From positions 18,149,702 to 18,213,701 of the forward strand of contig OZ316891.1 of NCBI GenBank assembly GCA_973895155.1: 64,000 nucleotides of DNA, in the 5' to 3' direction. Positions 51,931 through 64,000 of the stretch are shown one piece after another (within the stretch, counting starts at the first letter, position 1; each line of letters begins with the position of its first letter). The position numbers and the translations under genes are program-made. The notes beneath the pieces were generated by a model. That model was not told the origin of the DNA, did no database searches, and saw nothing but the letters and a program-made list of their open reading frames with translations. The stretch comes from Marsupella aquatica (lineage: Eukaryota > Plantae > Marchantiophyta).

Positions 51931-54900
51931 ACTTAGACCTGCACGTAGAGTGCCTCCCCTATAGTTTGCAACAAACCCAGTCAACCGTGGTAGCAGTGGT
52001 TGGGCACGAGGTCAGTTCCCCACTGCAGACAAACACCCAAACATGAAAGCGAGGGATCACCCCAATAATCCCCTGAAAAGGTGAGCACCTACGTGCCAAA
52101 CCCTGGAGTGCCTTGTTGAAAGTGCCCTTGCAGTTTGTTTGTGCCCGAATTTCTCCCCATTCCAGTGTCGGGCGGGAATAGAGCTGAAGCCAGCAGAAAT
52201 GGTCCAGAGTGTAGGGCACTATCGGACGAGGGGAAGGAAAACGTAGTCAAGAAACCCATAAAAGGGGCCCAGCAAAGCATCTCTGGAGGTAGTAGTTGTC
52301 ATCTACCCATGAAGCATATACGATAGTGTCATCCCTCATATCAATTCTTTTTATTCCATGAAATACTGCAATTCCAATATATAATCCTTCCACAATATTA
52401 TCCTCCATTTTGTTTTAATTTTAAAAATGATATCCATATTTAGAATACTCTTGTAGTTCACATGACTCGATTCCCTGGAGGATAGTTCACAAGCACTCCC
52501 CCAAAAAATTCCAGGACCAAAGTTGTGGAGGCCATATTTATATACATAATTGTTTGTTTATTGGGCACCATGATGGTACTGAGATACATGCTACATACAG
52601 TATCTATTGTACATTAATACCAGATGGGCAAATTTAGTCATCAGTCTGGAGTCGCCACTGTATATACCATGGTATAATAAGTAATAATGGTGCAATCACG
52701 CCTCATTAATGAGGCTCATTACAAAATCTATGGGCACAAAGCCACAAACCCATTTCAAATTTCAAAAGCACAGCAGAAACACTGTTTTGCACGTCCTCAT
52801 TAGACTCATAGATGTCATGGTCTCGTTTGTTATCTTAAGAGTGCCAACGTCATTATCTCCTTAATTCTCTCTGGACCATGCAGTTGATGAGCTGAATCGA
52901 AATTAGTATGAAGGAATTGTGCCCGACAGTTCACGCACTTGTGGCTCTTAATTTTGATTACTTCGACAACTATGGCCTTCACAATTTTCTCGTACATGCT
53001 GTCACTTAATGTTTGATTATGGGCTCTACTGTAGTGGCTCACGTTCTTTCCGTGTTCACAGGCACTGAGAACTCTATCTATCGTACTGTATGGCGACCAA
53101 TTAAGTGAGTATTGCAGTCATGACAGTCATGTCACCTACAATCAATAACAATCACCCAATCTGGCCATCTGGGCCGTTTCCAATCGAGATCTTGACGAAG
53201 CGTTGGTCTGAGTTGCTCTTGATCGAGGGTATTGATTGCTAGCGCTCTCAAGGACATTGTGAGTAACTGCCGTCCCAGTGGCAGACGACATACTGGAGGT
53301 ACAGATCGCAAAGGTGCGCAAGCATATAATATGTGTCTAGAACACGTTCATGGTTTCAAAGCAATTTGCCATCATTCTGGAAATTAAATGAAGTTCTTTT
53401 TAAAAGGAAAACGCTGAAGAATTGGAAAAAGAACGCCGAATGCACAACGCAACTTGAAAGGACCATTTTAAAATGTTCTTTTCACTCAAACAGTAACTGA
53501 TTTCTGTAAGTGGTCACATGTTTGAGTGTAAATGACAACTGCTCTAGGTGCATTTGAGTTGTGTGGTCAAACTTTGTTGTCTATCCCAACGTCAACTTGT
53601 GAAAGCAGTCAAGTAGATTTTTTAAATAGAGCTTGCTAACTACCAAGCTATTGAGGCACATATGACATGGATTGAACCTGAGACCAGTGGAAGTGGAATC
53701 TGGAGTGTAAAAGAGTGCGATAGGTGACACGGCCTACTAGCTACCATATGATTCAAGGTGCTTTTGAGTATACTAGAGTTGCTCAAAGTGGGGGTGTTTA
53801 GAGATCTGTGACCTTCAACCTCATCCATTTTGTCACACACAACCATGTCTTGGTCAAGCCTGAAATCAACACAGACTAATTAAGAAGTCCAAGTGTGCAA
53901 AACCCAAGGTTGAGTTTGAACTATCCATGTTGAGGTGCGCTTTCTCTTGAGCTGGACTTAACATGTGTGCATACCAAAGAGGCAAGGCAACTTTAGGTTG
54001 AGGGCTGAAGATATGGGTGGGCCAAGGCTTAAGCACACACAGAGAACAAGGGTGGGAGATGGTGGATCATTTGTACCATTGCTGTTGTAGATTGAGAGGC
54101 AAGATCAGCAACTGATCTCCACTTTCACAACCGTGGTTGGCCTTGGTTAAATTCTTGACATCTCGAGAGAAGCGAGGCCGAGGGAACAAAACATTCAAAA
54201 CATGTCTATGCTGGTACCCTCCTTAAACAAATTCTCTTTTCATTTACTTCTTTTGGTCAGATCCCATCTTCTCGAAGCTTTCAGTACTATGATTATAAAA
54301 CAGGGGTTTTTCTTTCAAATCAAAAGCTCGGATGGACCAAGACATTGTCCCTGCTCATCCCCATGGATTCACTTTTATATTGAAAAGAAAAAGGAACTAG
54401 TAAGTTGCAGATCGCGGTTGACAGCTTTGACTACCTTAGGGATAAAGTAGTCAAGAGATCATGGTGATCATGAGTAGTAGCATGAGCACAATGCCAGCAT
54501 GGTCTCCTGCTTTAGGTTTTTAATGTAAAACTATTGCATAGACTGAAAAGTCAGTGTTTACCTAGAATGTTTTGGAAATTTGCATCACAGAATTCTGATG
54601 AGTTTCAACACTAAAATATTTTGTGTCTCGGGTACAAACTTTCGATCATCAATTTGCTTTGGGCGGGAACCTGAAAGGCACTGAGGTATCAATGTGGCAC
54701 TGGTTTTCTACAGTGATTGAATTGGTCGCCACGACTGAAAATCTATGAGTCCACGAGAGAGGAGTTGACAGTCAATCTACTTTACAGTCAGGCATGGGGT
54801 ACCGTATGTAAGCTAGAGTGGGAATGTTTCTTATTTTCCCATTTGATTGCATGTGCATGGAGTAATAAGTGAGAGGAGAGGAACCAAGGTGGGCGGGAAA

Positions 54901-57900
54901 ATGGGCATCACACTATCCTGACAGCACGTTTAATTTTGGAGAGAGAGAGTTCTTACCTTACAATTTTATCCTTGCATTCTGCCAACCACTTCATGACTTG
55001 GAAATCAATGCTAATCACCTGGCTCCCCTCACAATTCACAATCATGTTGTTCAGCAATTTTTATGGTTTTGTCAGAAATGGGATGGCCAGCCATTACCCT
55101 AATACAGTACTACCGTAGCTAACAAATGAGAGTTCGGCACTTTCTTACACCAAAAACATAATGACAGTCGTGTCTTTGGAGTAACCAAAGAAATGGGGCC
55201 AAAGGAGCATACAATAATTGCATAGTTCAAGGAGTTTCAAAGACTTTAGAAAGAACCCACTTTCTATCCAGAAGTGATTCTTGTTTGTTTGTTGTTCTTT
55301 CCCCTTTCTAGATTTTGGGGTTTGAATTTGCTCTTTTCTTTTGACTTTGGTGTTTGTGCTCCCAGTGCCTCTTTTCATTTACTGGAGTACAATGTTTGGC
55401 ACTTTTTAGTAGACTGGCCCCAAAGTCCATTCAATTTTCAAAAGAAGATTAAAAAACTGATGGTACATTTGTGGGTACACAGAATGCGAATTATTTGAAA
55501 CAAGCTGTACCATGATGGCAATCCAGTTGCACAGCTGCATGCACTCTTGGGAGGGGTTTAACTTCCTCCACCCCCCCCCCCCCCAAATAAAATAAAATTG
55601 TGGGCAAGAGGGAATAGAAAAGTGAAGATAAAGACCCTAGTCCATGTGCACTGGCTCCTGAGTTAATTAGGCCCAGCAACACCCCTTCCCTACCCACCCA
55701 CCAGTGAGTAGTATGTCCACCTTCAATGGCTATTGTAGTGAGACGTCCATAAGTGTATGGGCTTGGTTACAGCCACATATTGCACTTATCAAACATTGCA
55801 ATTCATCAGGATACCAATATGTGTGTGTGTGTGGGTTGGGTGTAGTGGTGGTAGTATTGATTATCCCCGTAGCCCCTGGCTGGCCACTTTGGGGTTCTTG
55901 TTTAATCCTCACTCCTGGTCCGGTCCCTGTCAGATCCTTGGGTATAGTCTCCTTGTGGCTGCCTTTCATAGAAATGCATACTCCAGAGCAAGATGTCTAT
56001 CCTCTGTTAGATTGGCATGCTTTCAGTTTTCAAGGCAAAAACAAATTCATCAATATTTATAATACATTAAACAAATTGCAGGTACTGGTAGATGCAACTT
56101 TGTGAAGTACTTTGCACCTCTGATAAGTGCAATTCTTGCATGGACTTGCACTTAACTATACTCTGCAACTTCAATGAGTCAAATTCGAATGGTTGCACTA
56201 ACTGCTAGCTGCAATTTCTAAACAACATATGGCAAGTGCAAAACTAATGAACTTTCGCACCTATAAAACAAAGTGCACTTATGGGTCTGTTTTATTCCCC
56301 AAAACTGTGTTAGTTCTGAAAATTAGTGGTGATAAAGTATGGCGGGAAACAACAACTTACGTGTTACCAGTATTCACTTTTCGAGGTCTCACTGTACCCA
56401 ATATATCTCGAAAAGCTGAATTCATAACAAACGAAGGTGGATTGAATGATTTTTATGAAGTACAGCCGAAAACTTAAAGTTGACGAGGACATGTAATTTT
56501 GCGTGTGCTCACGTGTCCATGTCGTGCTTGTGAGTTCTCACGGGAAGGCTCTTGTGATGGAAGGGTGGAAACCGTGAGAGAAGACGCCATGGATTCATTC
56601 TACCTGACCTCATCTCCATAAATACCCTATCTGATAATCCTTGCCTCTGTGTTTCGTGCGGTATCGAACTATTTTATGATGAAAGTCGAGAGGCATGAAA
56701 GCGCTGTTCAGTCCACTCGATTGAGTCAAGCTGGATCGCAGGATTGAGGGGGCTTGCCATGATTATCATCTGTAATCAGCGGAGGAGAATTTGGCAGTTC
56801 CCGAGATGCCTTCCGTTACACCTCACGATCTGGCATGTACAACAGTTTCGAAACCATATCGTTTCTTAAAAGTGGAAGACCTCTGTCACGATCTGGCAAT
56901 TCAAGTTGAACAACTTCAAACCATGCCACTGTGTAATCGGAGTCGAGTCGTTCGAATTCACTACTGTTATAAGGATTGGATATCAATCAATTGCAAAGGT
57001 GAAGGATCTCTGTGGAATCGCCGGAACTTTCGAGAATTCGAACTGGCAGGTCAATTGATGGATCGCACATATGGATAGAATAGAATTTCACTGACAACAG
57101 AAAACAGAACTGGCGAATCACTTTTGGAGATTTGGAAATTTGGATTGGAACCTATTCCGAACAAAGATCGTTAGTCATAGCCACGTTCGCAGTACAGTAA
57201 TTAAAGGATTTTTAGGATTTTCGCATTCACTTGTTTCCACACTGTGCACACACAGCAATCTCCTGCCTCCGGCCGACCAGTGAAATAAAAAGGGTATCAC
57301 ACTGGAATCTCCAAATCATCGTCTTAGAATCAATCGAGGACAAGTCATGTGAAAGCGGGTTCCGCAAAATTCAATGAAAATTTCGACGACTATGATATCA
57401 CCATTGTGGAAAACTGCTAACTGAAGGCCACACAGGTGCTATAGTACAGGTGAATGTGACCCGAATGGCGATTCTGTACTTCACGTCGAGCCAAGAGATA
57501 CAGTGATCTCCGCGCAACCCGCTGCTCTTGGCATGCATTTCAACTTTCAAGTCAAGGTCACAAGGTCGGAGAGTTGTCACCAGCTACTTACCTTTTTGCC
57601 TTGAAAAAATTCGCTGGAGGGAAACAATATGAAGGGAAGGTCCTATTCCGCGAAAGAGCTGAGAACTATCGGAGAAATTCACCAACTTACTCAGTCAAAA
57701 TGTCGAGCTGGAAATTCGAGCTTGATCGACCTTTCTTGGTCAATGCAGTGTCACTCACAGTATTGTAAGTACATTCTTAGCTTCGATAGGTGGGAAAGAG
57801 ACGACTTCCAGCGCTAACATTCGATACTTTGAGTGATGATTCGATACTTTGAGATGATCACAGGAAGTCAAATTACACTCGACAAATCGAAGAAAAAGTC

Positions 57901-58502
57901 GCGCCTGACCCCTCTCTCCTACAAATTTCAAGAAGCAACCCATCGTCCATTTGATGCCTTCCAAAATGTAGATACAAAGCCTTGATTCGCGGTTCCGTTC
58001 CTTTAGTCCTGACTATTTCCATGACATGAGGGTTCAGAGACTTCGCCGATTTGACTTTGGCTCTGATCAAAAGCTGGATCCCACACCACTTAATTCTGTG
58101 ATTGACTACAAGGGATCTCATTTTGCCTTCCATCTCATCTGCTCCAATCTCATTCGCTGTAACCAAGGCAATGCTTATCTTTTTTGTCTTGAACAGAAAT
58201 GAGTAAGAACACTCAGTATACTTTCCCCACCTCAAGAGCGACATAGATTCATTATAGGAAACCATTCTCTGTGACATACATTGATTATAGGGAAACCATT
58301 CTCCCCACCCCAAGAGGGACATACTTTCATTATAAAGAACCCATTTCAAGGCAGCCACCTGATCCACAAGGACTTCACCAGGAGGGAGAGAGTATTCTAT
58401 GAGGACCACAAAGTGAGCAACCAGGGGCCAAGTAGATCATGACAACTCCAACCACTAGGACCCACAAAACCCATCTCTCCCATATACCTTCCACACCCCT
58501 AT

Positions 58503-58575
58503 GTGTGGAAATGGAATTGAACCTGGGACCTCTCAGTTCCAGGCTAATCCCCTAGCAAAGTGACCTAAGCAAGTT
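58503..58575 (-). mobile_element. tRNA-derived SINE head or tRNA pseudogene
   Basis: The minus strand has an A-box-like TAGGTCACTTTGCTAG and then GAGGTCCCAGGTTCAATTCC (variable loop plus a perfect B box GGTTCAATTCC). The acceptor and T stems do not pair, so it is not a functional tRNA. Confidence 0.55.
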
Positions 58576-58838
58576 TGTTTAGGGCACCTGTGATTCCTAC
58601 TTGACATCAGGTTTCTCAATCATTTCTTATGTTGCGCATGTTTTGGATATTTTCTTGTGCATACATGGGTTTAATTTTTTAATTTTTTTTAATTTTTTAA
58701 TTTTAATTTTTAATTTTTTTTGTGGGGGGGGGGGGGGGCATTCAGCATCATTTGGATCAATGGAGGGAGAAAGGCTTAAACTCATGGAAAACAGGTGAGA
58801 TCCATCCAAACTGCTTGGTGTTGGGTAAGGTCTATCGT

Positions 58839-59024
58839 CTCTCCAGCTTCTCTTTCCAGATTTGTTTCAAACAACAATGTCCCATAGACATTGGAAAGAC
58901 TCTCTCCAACTTCTATTTCCAGATTTGTTTCAAACAACAATGTCCCATAGACATTGGAAAGACTCTCTCCAACTTCTCTTTCCAGATTTGTTTCAACAAC
59001 AATGTCACATAGGCATCGGAAAGA
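58839..59024. repeat. Tandem repeat, ~61-bp unit x3
   Basis: CTCTCCA(G/A)CTTCT(C/A)TTTCCAGATTTGTTTCAAACAACAATGTCCCATAGACATTGGAAAGA repeated. Confidence 0.93.
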
Positions 59025-59437
59025 AACTGAGCATTACTATTTTATGTTTAATTAATATGTTACAATCTTCTTCAACTCCTGCTCAAGCCTAGTACGTAGT
59101 TTAGTTAGCTTGAAACAATTTGCCACTCAACATGTGGCTAGGCTTCACCATTGGATAGTCATCAGTATCCTCTTCAACCTTAACAAAGCAACCTTTCCAA
59201 CTCTCGACATTGGGTTGGGTCTCTTACTTTGCTCCCACCCCGAACTCTCTGCCCCCTCCTTGTTAAATAGCTGCCCCACATCCTAAACTTAACCTCCATA
59301 CCTTGTCCCCAATACCTCAGTGGGGTGGAATCTGCTTGTAGGGCAGAACCCTAGCCTGCCCAAGCAGACTAGCTAGGGTTCTGCAGACCAGTAGTGGGGT
59401 TGTGTGGATCTGGCCTGAGGTCAATGGAAACCATTGG

Positions 59438-59491
59438 ATTATTGATGTGTCAATATAAGTGCTTAATTATTGATGTGTCAATATAAGTGCA
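59438..59491. repeat. Short tandem duplication (ATTATTGATGTGTCAATATAAGTGC x2)
   Basis: Direct repeat seen in the sequence. A (GGGAA)n run also lies nearby at 59938-59968. Confidence 0.85.
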
Positions 59492-60862
59492 GTAATTAAT
59501 CTTAAAAAGATAGCAAACTGTGATCATACATTACAATTGGTTTTGCAAACTAGTTAAACCCAGTTTGGAAGATTGAAGCCAGAAGGACAGTCATCGTGAA
59601 CACTCCATCCACCTCTCAATGTAAAGTGGTACCCAACCCTTTCAAGTTACAAGGCAAGAATGCCATGCTGTGCTTTGGTCATTTGGCCCCGCATTCAGTT
59701 GTGGGAAATTCAAGTTTGGTTGGAAGGAGGAGGTCAACAGGTTCATCCACTGTTTGTTTTGGAACTAGACACAACTCTAAGAGAAAGCAAAAGTGGGTGT
59801 GGGTGTGAACCCGATCATTACCTAAGTGCATTGAAAGAAAGAGAAAAGACAGTAGCAACTGGAGACGATTGAACGTTTGCGTGATACACGCAAAAGACGT
59901 CGCTTGGAGATGACAAAGGATTAATTGGTCAGTTGTCTGAAGGGAAGGGAAGGGAAGGGAAGGGAAGGAGAAAAAATTAAGGAAAAGGAAAGGCTCTTGA
60001 AAATTCTTGCCACTAGATGATCTGTGTTTGCTAGATCTTGTGAAGTATATATCACTCTAGAGATTTATAATTCTGCTTGGTGCTGTTGCAGACTTCCATG
60101 GCGGGAATGATGGTGGCAGAGGAGGGCATTGAGTCATAGGGTTGGAATGTGGCCGTGCTTTTTGGGGCATTTCCACTTGGCAAGCAAGCAAAATGTTTCT
60201 TTGATAGTGGAAGTCTCATGAATCCTGAATTTCTGCACTGCAATTGAAGAATCTGACTGGTGGCTTTGGCGGAAAAATCCTTGGTGAAGAAATACAAATA
60301 AATTTGGTTTTGCAAGAATTTGTTTCTTAGGTTCATCTTTGGAGAATGCTTTGATCCTCACCTTCAGACTTACAATTGAGTCAGGAGTGGTTTGATCCTG
60401 ACCCGGATCCTGACACCAACCTCAGCCTAGGGATGTTTCTTGGGATTCACAACAACCCACTATCAACAAGGACAAGGTGGTCAACAGGTTCTGGATGGAT
60501 CAAGGGTTTTGATCCATAGTCGCGTTATTGTTTAATTTCCTTTGTCGTGCAAGAGGTTGTCTTTGGTTGGCATTAGTGAAGGCGTTGCTCCATTTATAAA
60601 ATAATTAGGGTTTAATTTGTTTGGCAATCTCTTAACTCCACTTGTAGGGATTCTCTATCCCTCTCTACCTATGTCTTGTCTATATGAGACCTTTCCAAGC
60701 ATAAACCAGTGTGATGCTGACCGGGTTTGCTTTTCTTCGAGGCCTACTAGGAAGGATTTTTGCTATTTCCTAGGAGAAACATAGTCCTGGCTATGTTGAT
60801 CCATCCATCCAGGTCATATTAGTATACCCAACAACTGTGAAATTCAGTAAGCAGGATTGCCC

Positions 60863-62887
60863 ATGGCAAGCATGAAATTGAGAGTGAGGGCAGCCACCGG
60901 GGGCCCAACAATTAGGGTGCAAATTCCACTCCTCTGTACCTTACAAGGTTTGAAGGATGTTTTAGGGCCGCTGGTTTCCTTGCCCACTTTTTCATTCAGC
61001 CTGTCTTTGAATAAGAAGGATGAGATCCAGGGCCCTGGCAGTGCTCTCCTTTCTTCCTTTGGGGTGACCAGTGGGGATCTTCTATTCTACATTGTCAATC
61101 CAGGAGGTTCGTCTCCCCCCATTCTGACTGGAAGCCCATCATCTCAAGTAGTTGGACGTGCAAATTCTGCAGAGTCATCAAGGGTTGCCAGAACCTCAGT
61201 GCATTCAATGGATGGGCTTGAGTCAATTCCTTCCCAACATACGGGAACCCCAAACCATGGAGGGAGAGTTGTGAGCACTCCTGCTATGAGAAGGGAACTT
61301 TGTGCTACAGCAGCTACCCATAGACAGGCAACATATTTTGCAAGAGGGCAACAGCCAGAAACTACCATCTTGAGTTTGGATTCTACCTCTCCAAACCAAA
61401 AAACTATGGTGGATTCAAACAACACAACTTTTCCAGGAGGAGTCGTTGTTGTCCCATCCTCAAATCAATCAATGGCAGAACAGGGGCCGTTCATGGATAT
61501 GGAAAATAACTCAGGAGAGCCACTGCCACCAAATGGAGGAGATGGACATCGTTTGGTACCCATTCCAGTCCTACTCCAGCGAGTCCTAACCGCAGAATTT
61601 GAGAATATCCGTCAGCCTTCTATGTTTTTGATTCTTGCTGTGCATGCTGTGATGCTGGAGACAGGGTTTGTCAAGATTGAAGCTGGTAGATCGAACAACT
61701 ATAATGCAGCCCAACAAGGGGCTTGTGCGCTAGATGGATATGAGCTTCCATCTGGGTGGTGTGGTACTGGCTTTGTCAATCTCACATACACACTCCCTGA
61801 GCTTGCCAAACAAGAGACTGCTCTAGGGTTAAACCAAGAGGCTTTTCTCCGCTGCCTGATGGTTGGGAATACCGTTGTGGTTTATGGTGCTGTCACAGAC
61901 GGGAGTCCTCATCGAGTTTGTTTGTCTGTGTCAAAGTTCTTACACAAAAATCTTAAATTGGGAAACCTTGTTGGTGTTGGAGCACAAAACAACAGCAACC
62001 GCAGCAGTAGCAGTGTTGTTAACAAACTGGATGATGGATCTGGTAATGAATCAGTCATGGAGCCAATTTTTGGTCAAGCAAACACAGACAATTTTGGAGA
62101 TGGAACTCAGATGGTAGCAGCAGCATCAATGGGGGAGAACATTTTCAGTGACATTTTTGAATTATGGAAAGAGGTTAAGGATTCACTTTCCCTACCGTTG
62201 TTGTCATTCATGTGTGAGAGAACTGGGCTTCTCCCTCCACCGTCCCTCCTGAGACTCCCCACAGAATTGAAAATTAAAGTCTTGGATTTGCTTCCACCTG
62301 TTGCGTTGGCAAATCTTGCAAGTGCTTGCTCGGAATTTAGGTTCCTGACCTCAAGCGAGGAGCTGTGGAAGCAAAAGTACAAGGAACAGTTTGGAACATG
62401 CGGGGAGAGAGCTCCAGGAGGCCGTGGGTGGAAGAGTGCCTTTGTGAGGGAATTTCAATACCGGAAGAGAAGTGAAGAAGGTTGGAGAGAAGCGGAGAGA
62501 CAATTTCTTGCTGAGGTGTTTACTCCTGGAGTCATGCTCCGACCACCTTCATTTTCTCATCCCTTTGGGGATTTCTTTCAAGGGTTAGGAGCAGAGCCTA
62601 CACAATATAACATTCTTAGTGGACCTAGGATTCAACGTTTGCCATCCGGAAATCATTTTGGTGCATTCCTAGGCATGGGCGAAGGAGGTTCTATTGGAGA
62701 CCAAGATGAAGCCTATTTTCCCCAAATTAGGCTTGATAGTAATCTTGACCGGGCATGGCCTCCTGCAACCAATTTATTCCTAAGACCCAGTTTTGGGAAT
62801 TTACATGGGGAAGATATTGGTAATAGAGGTACACATGTTTATGTGGATGAGCAAGGGGGGTTTCCAAGATTGGGTCCTTTCTATTGA
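60863..62887 (+). CDS. SKIP22: F-box protein, SKIP22/FBXO7-like (N-terminal ubiquitin-like domain, PI31/FP domain, F-box), 674 aa, intronless CDS
   Basis: ATG at 60863. Ubl-like MKLRVR...SLNKKDEI...LSSFGVTSGDLLFY; FP-domain motif ILAVHAVMLETGF; WKEVKDSLSLPLL; F-box LLRLPTELKIKVLDLLP...LWK; Pro/Gly-rich C-terminus. Confidence 0.92.
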   Translation: MASMKLRVRAATGGPTIRVQIPLLCTLQGLKDVLGPLVSLPTFSFSLSLNKKDEIQGPGSALLSSFGVTSGDLLFYIVNPGGSSPPILTGSPSSQVVGRANSAESSRVARTSVHSMDGLESIPSQHTGTPNHGGRVVSTPAMRRELCATAATHRQATYFARGQQPETTILSLDSTSPNQKTMVDSNNTTFPGGVVVVPSSNQSMAEQGPFMDMENNSGEPLPPNGGDGHRLVPIPVLLQRVLTAEFENIRQPSMFLILAVHAVMLETGFVKIEAGRSNNYNAAQQGACALDGYELPSGWCGTGFVNLTYTLPELAKQETALGLNQEAFLRCLMVGNTVVVYGAVTDGSPHRVCLSVSKFLHKNLKLGNLVGVGAQNNSNRSSSSVVNKLDDGSGNESVMEPIFGQANTDNFGDGTQMVAAASMGENIFSDIFELWKEVKDSLSLPLLSFMCERTGLLPPPSLLRLPTELKIKVLDLLPPVALANLASACSEFRFLTSSEELWKQKYKEQFGTCGERAPGGRGWKSAFVREFQYRKRSEEGWREAERQFLAEVFTPGVMLRPPSFSHPFGDFFQGLGAEPTQYNILSGPRIQRLPSGNHFGAFLGMGEGGSIGDQDEAYFPQIRLDSNLDRAWPPATNLFLRPSFGNLHGEDIGNRGTHVYVDEQGGFPRLGPFY

Positions 62888-63671
62888 GGCACGGTGTTAT
62901 CTCAAAAGAAAAATGTAGGACACGGTGAATAGAAAGTGAAGTAAAAGGAGGAGAACCCAAGACAGTTGTGGTTGAGGTTATCATGCACGGCTTGTGAAGA
63001 AGTATCAACACTTAGTGGATGGATGGAGTTATGAGCGCTTGGTGATCATTTCGTGACTGCGGGGATCATTTTAAAGCTGGATAAGATAGAGAACTTGCAA
63101 AAAACGGATGGATGATGTAGGTTGTGGGTAACTATCTGTTTTTGTTTTCAAATCCTGGGCAGTTGGCATGCCCATCGGCGTGTTTTCCTGTCTCAAATTA
63201 GAGAAAGAAAAGTGTGGTGCTAGGTTTTACTAATGCCAAAGCTGTCTTAGTTTGAATTTCTTGCAGAAACTGAACCTCATAAGTTCCTGAATTATGGCTA
63301 AAAGTTGCAAGGGTCAGAAATGGAGCATTTGATTTGAGCAAAATGCATTGTAAACTGTCCCATGTAACTATTGTTGCTATGGTTTGTGTTCAGCACATAT
63401 GTAGGTCACCAGAATTTTAGGCCCATAAACCAGCAGCAGCCTCAACCAAAATCAAGCTTCTGAAGGAGAAATAGAAGATGGTTATAAACCTCCTTTGATT
63501 TCTTTTGGTGGATGTTACATTCTGTTTGGGTGCTTTCTTGTGAGATGCCTCACACAGATTTCCGGGAACAGAGTGAAAGCAAACTATTTAGAGGGTTGAC
63601 AAAGGACAGGACTGTCTATATATCGCTTAGATTTTCCAAAAACACAAAGGACATGAGTTGGGAAGCCATCA

Positions 63672-64000
63672 AGCCCGGTTTTCACTGTCGGACAAGATGT
63701 GTCCTTGTCCGACACGACAAATGACAACTTGTCCGTCCAAAAACGGTCTATTTGTCCAATATTCCCTTATATTCCCCGCCGGGACCAAAAATTCCCGACC
63801 CACCCCCGGCCCGGTCCCAAACTCTCCCGACCCCTCCCGGCCCGGTCCCAGACTCCTCCTAACCCTCCGGCCCGGCCCGGCTGCCTATTCCCGGCCCGGC
63901 CCGACCCCCTCCCTTTCCCGGCCGAAACCCCCCTCCCGGCCCAACCCGGCTCTCCCCCCCCTTCCCGGCCCGACCCCCCCCCTCCCGGCCCAACCCGGCT
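63672..64000. mobile_element. Start of a C-rich repeat-filled element (CCCGGCCC arrays), running off the window
   Basis: AGCCCGGTTTTCACTG resembles a Harbinger-like TIR. An 11-bp perfect hairpin lies at 63686-63714 and a CCCTCCCGGCCC tandem array starts at ~63795. Confidence 0.5.

Noticed and set aside
53660-53750. Second tRNA/SINE-like head on the minus strand (GGTTCAATCC)
   Set aside because: The B box is imperfect, the A-B spacing is long and no cloverleaf forms.

Overview
Eukaryotic land-plant nuclear DNA, probably a non-seed plant (inference). It has spliceosomal GT-AG introns and CpG-depleted, repeat-rich intergenic DNA. Three host genes are supported: a six-exon TEY MAP kinase of the MPK4 type (minus, 3196-7304), a 13-exon Ig-like-repeat multi-pass membrane protein similar to Arabidopsis At3g48200 (minus, 34244-41367) and an intronless SKIP22/FBXO7-like F-box gene (plus, 60863-62887). 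A full-length but disrupted 8.8-kb Ty3/gypsy chromovirus lies at 14450-23235. Its perfect 5-bp TSD, PBS and PPT all place the LTR ends at non-canonical 5'-AGT...ACT-3' rather than TG...CA, which is the most notable observation. Also present are a decayed 25S/28S rRNA fragment, mariner/pogo-like MITEs, Helitron-like remnants, a GC-rich repeat-filled element with short inverted ends, an unclassified dispersed repeat family with a conserved palindrome, many local tandem duplications and a possible cryptic micro-exon gene at about 52.8-57.8 kb. All alignments and counts were done by eye, and family assignments come from recognised motifs, not database searches.
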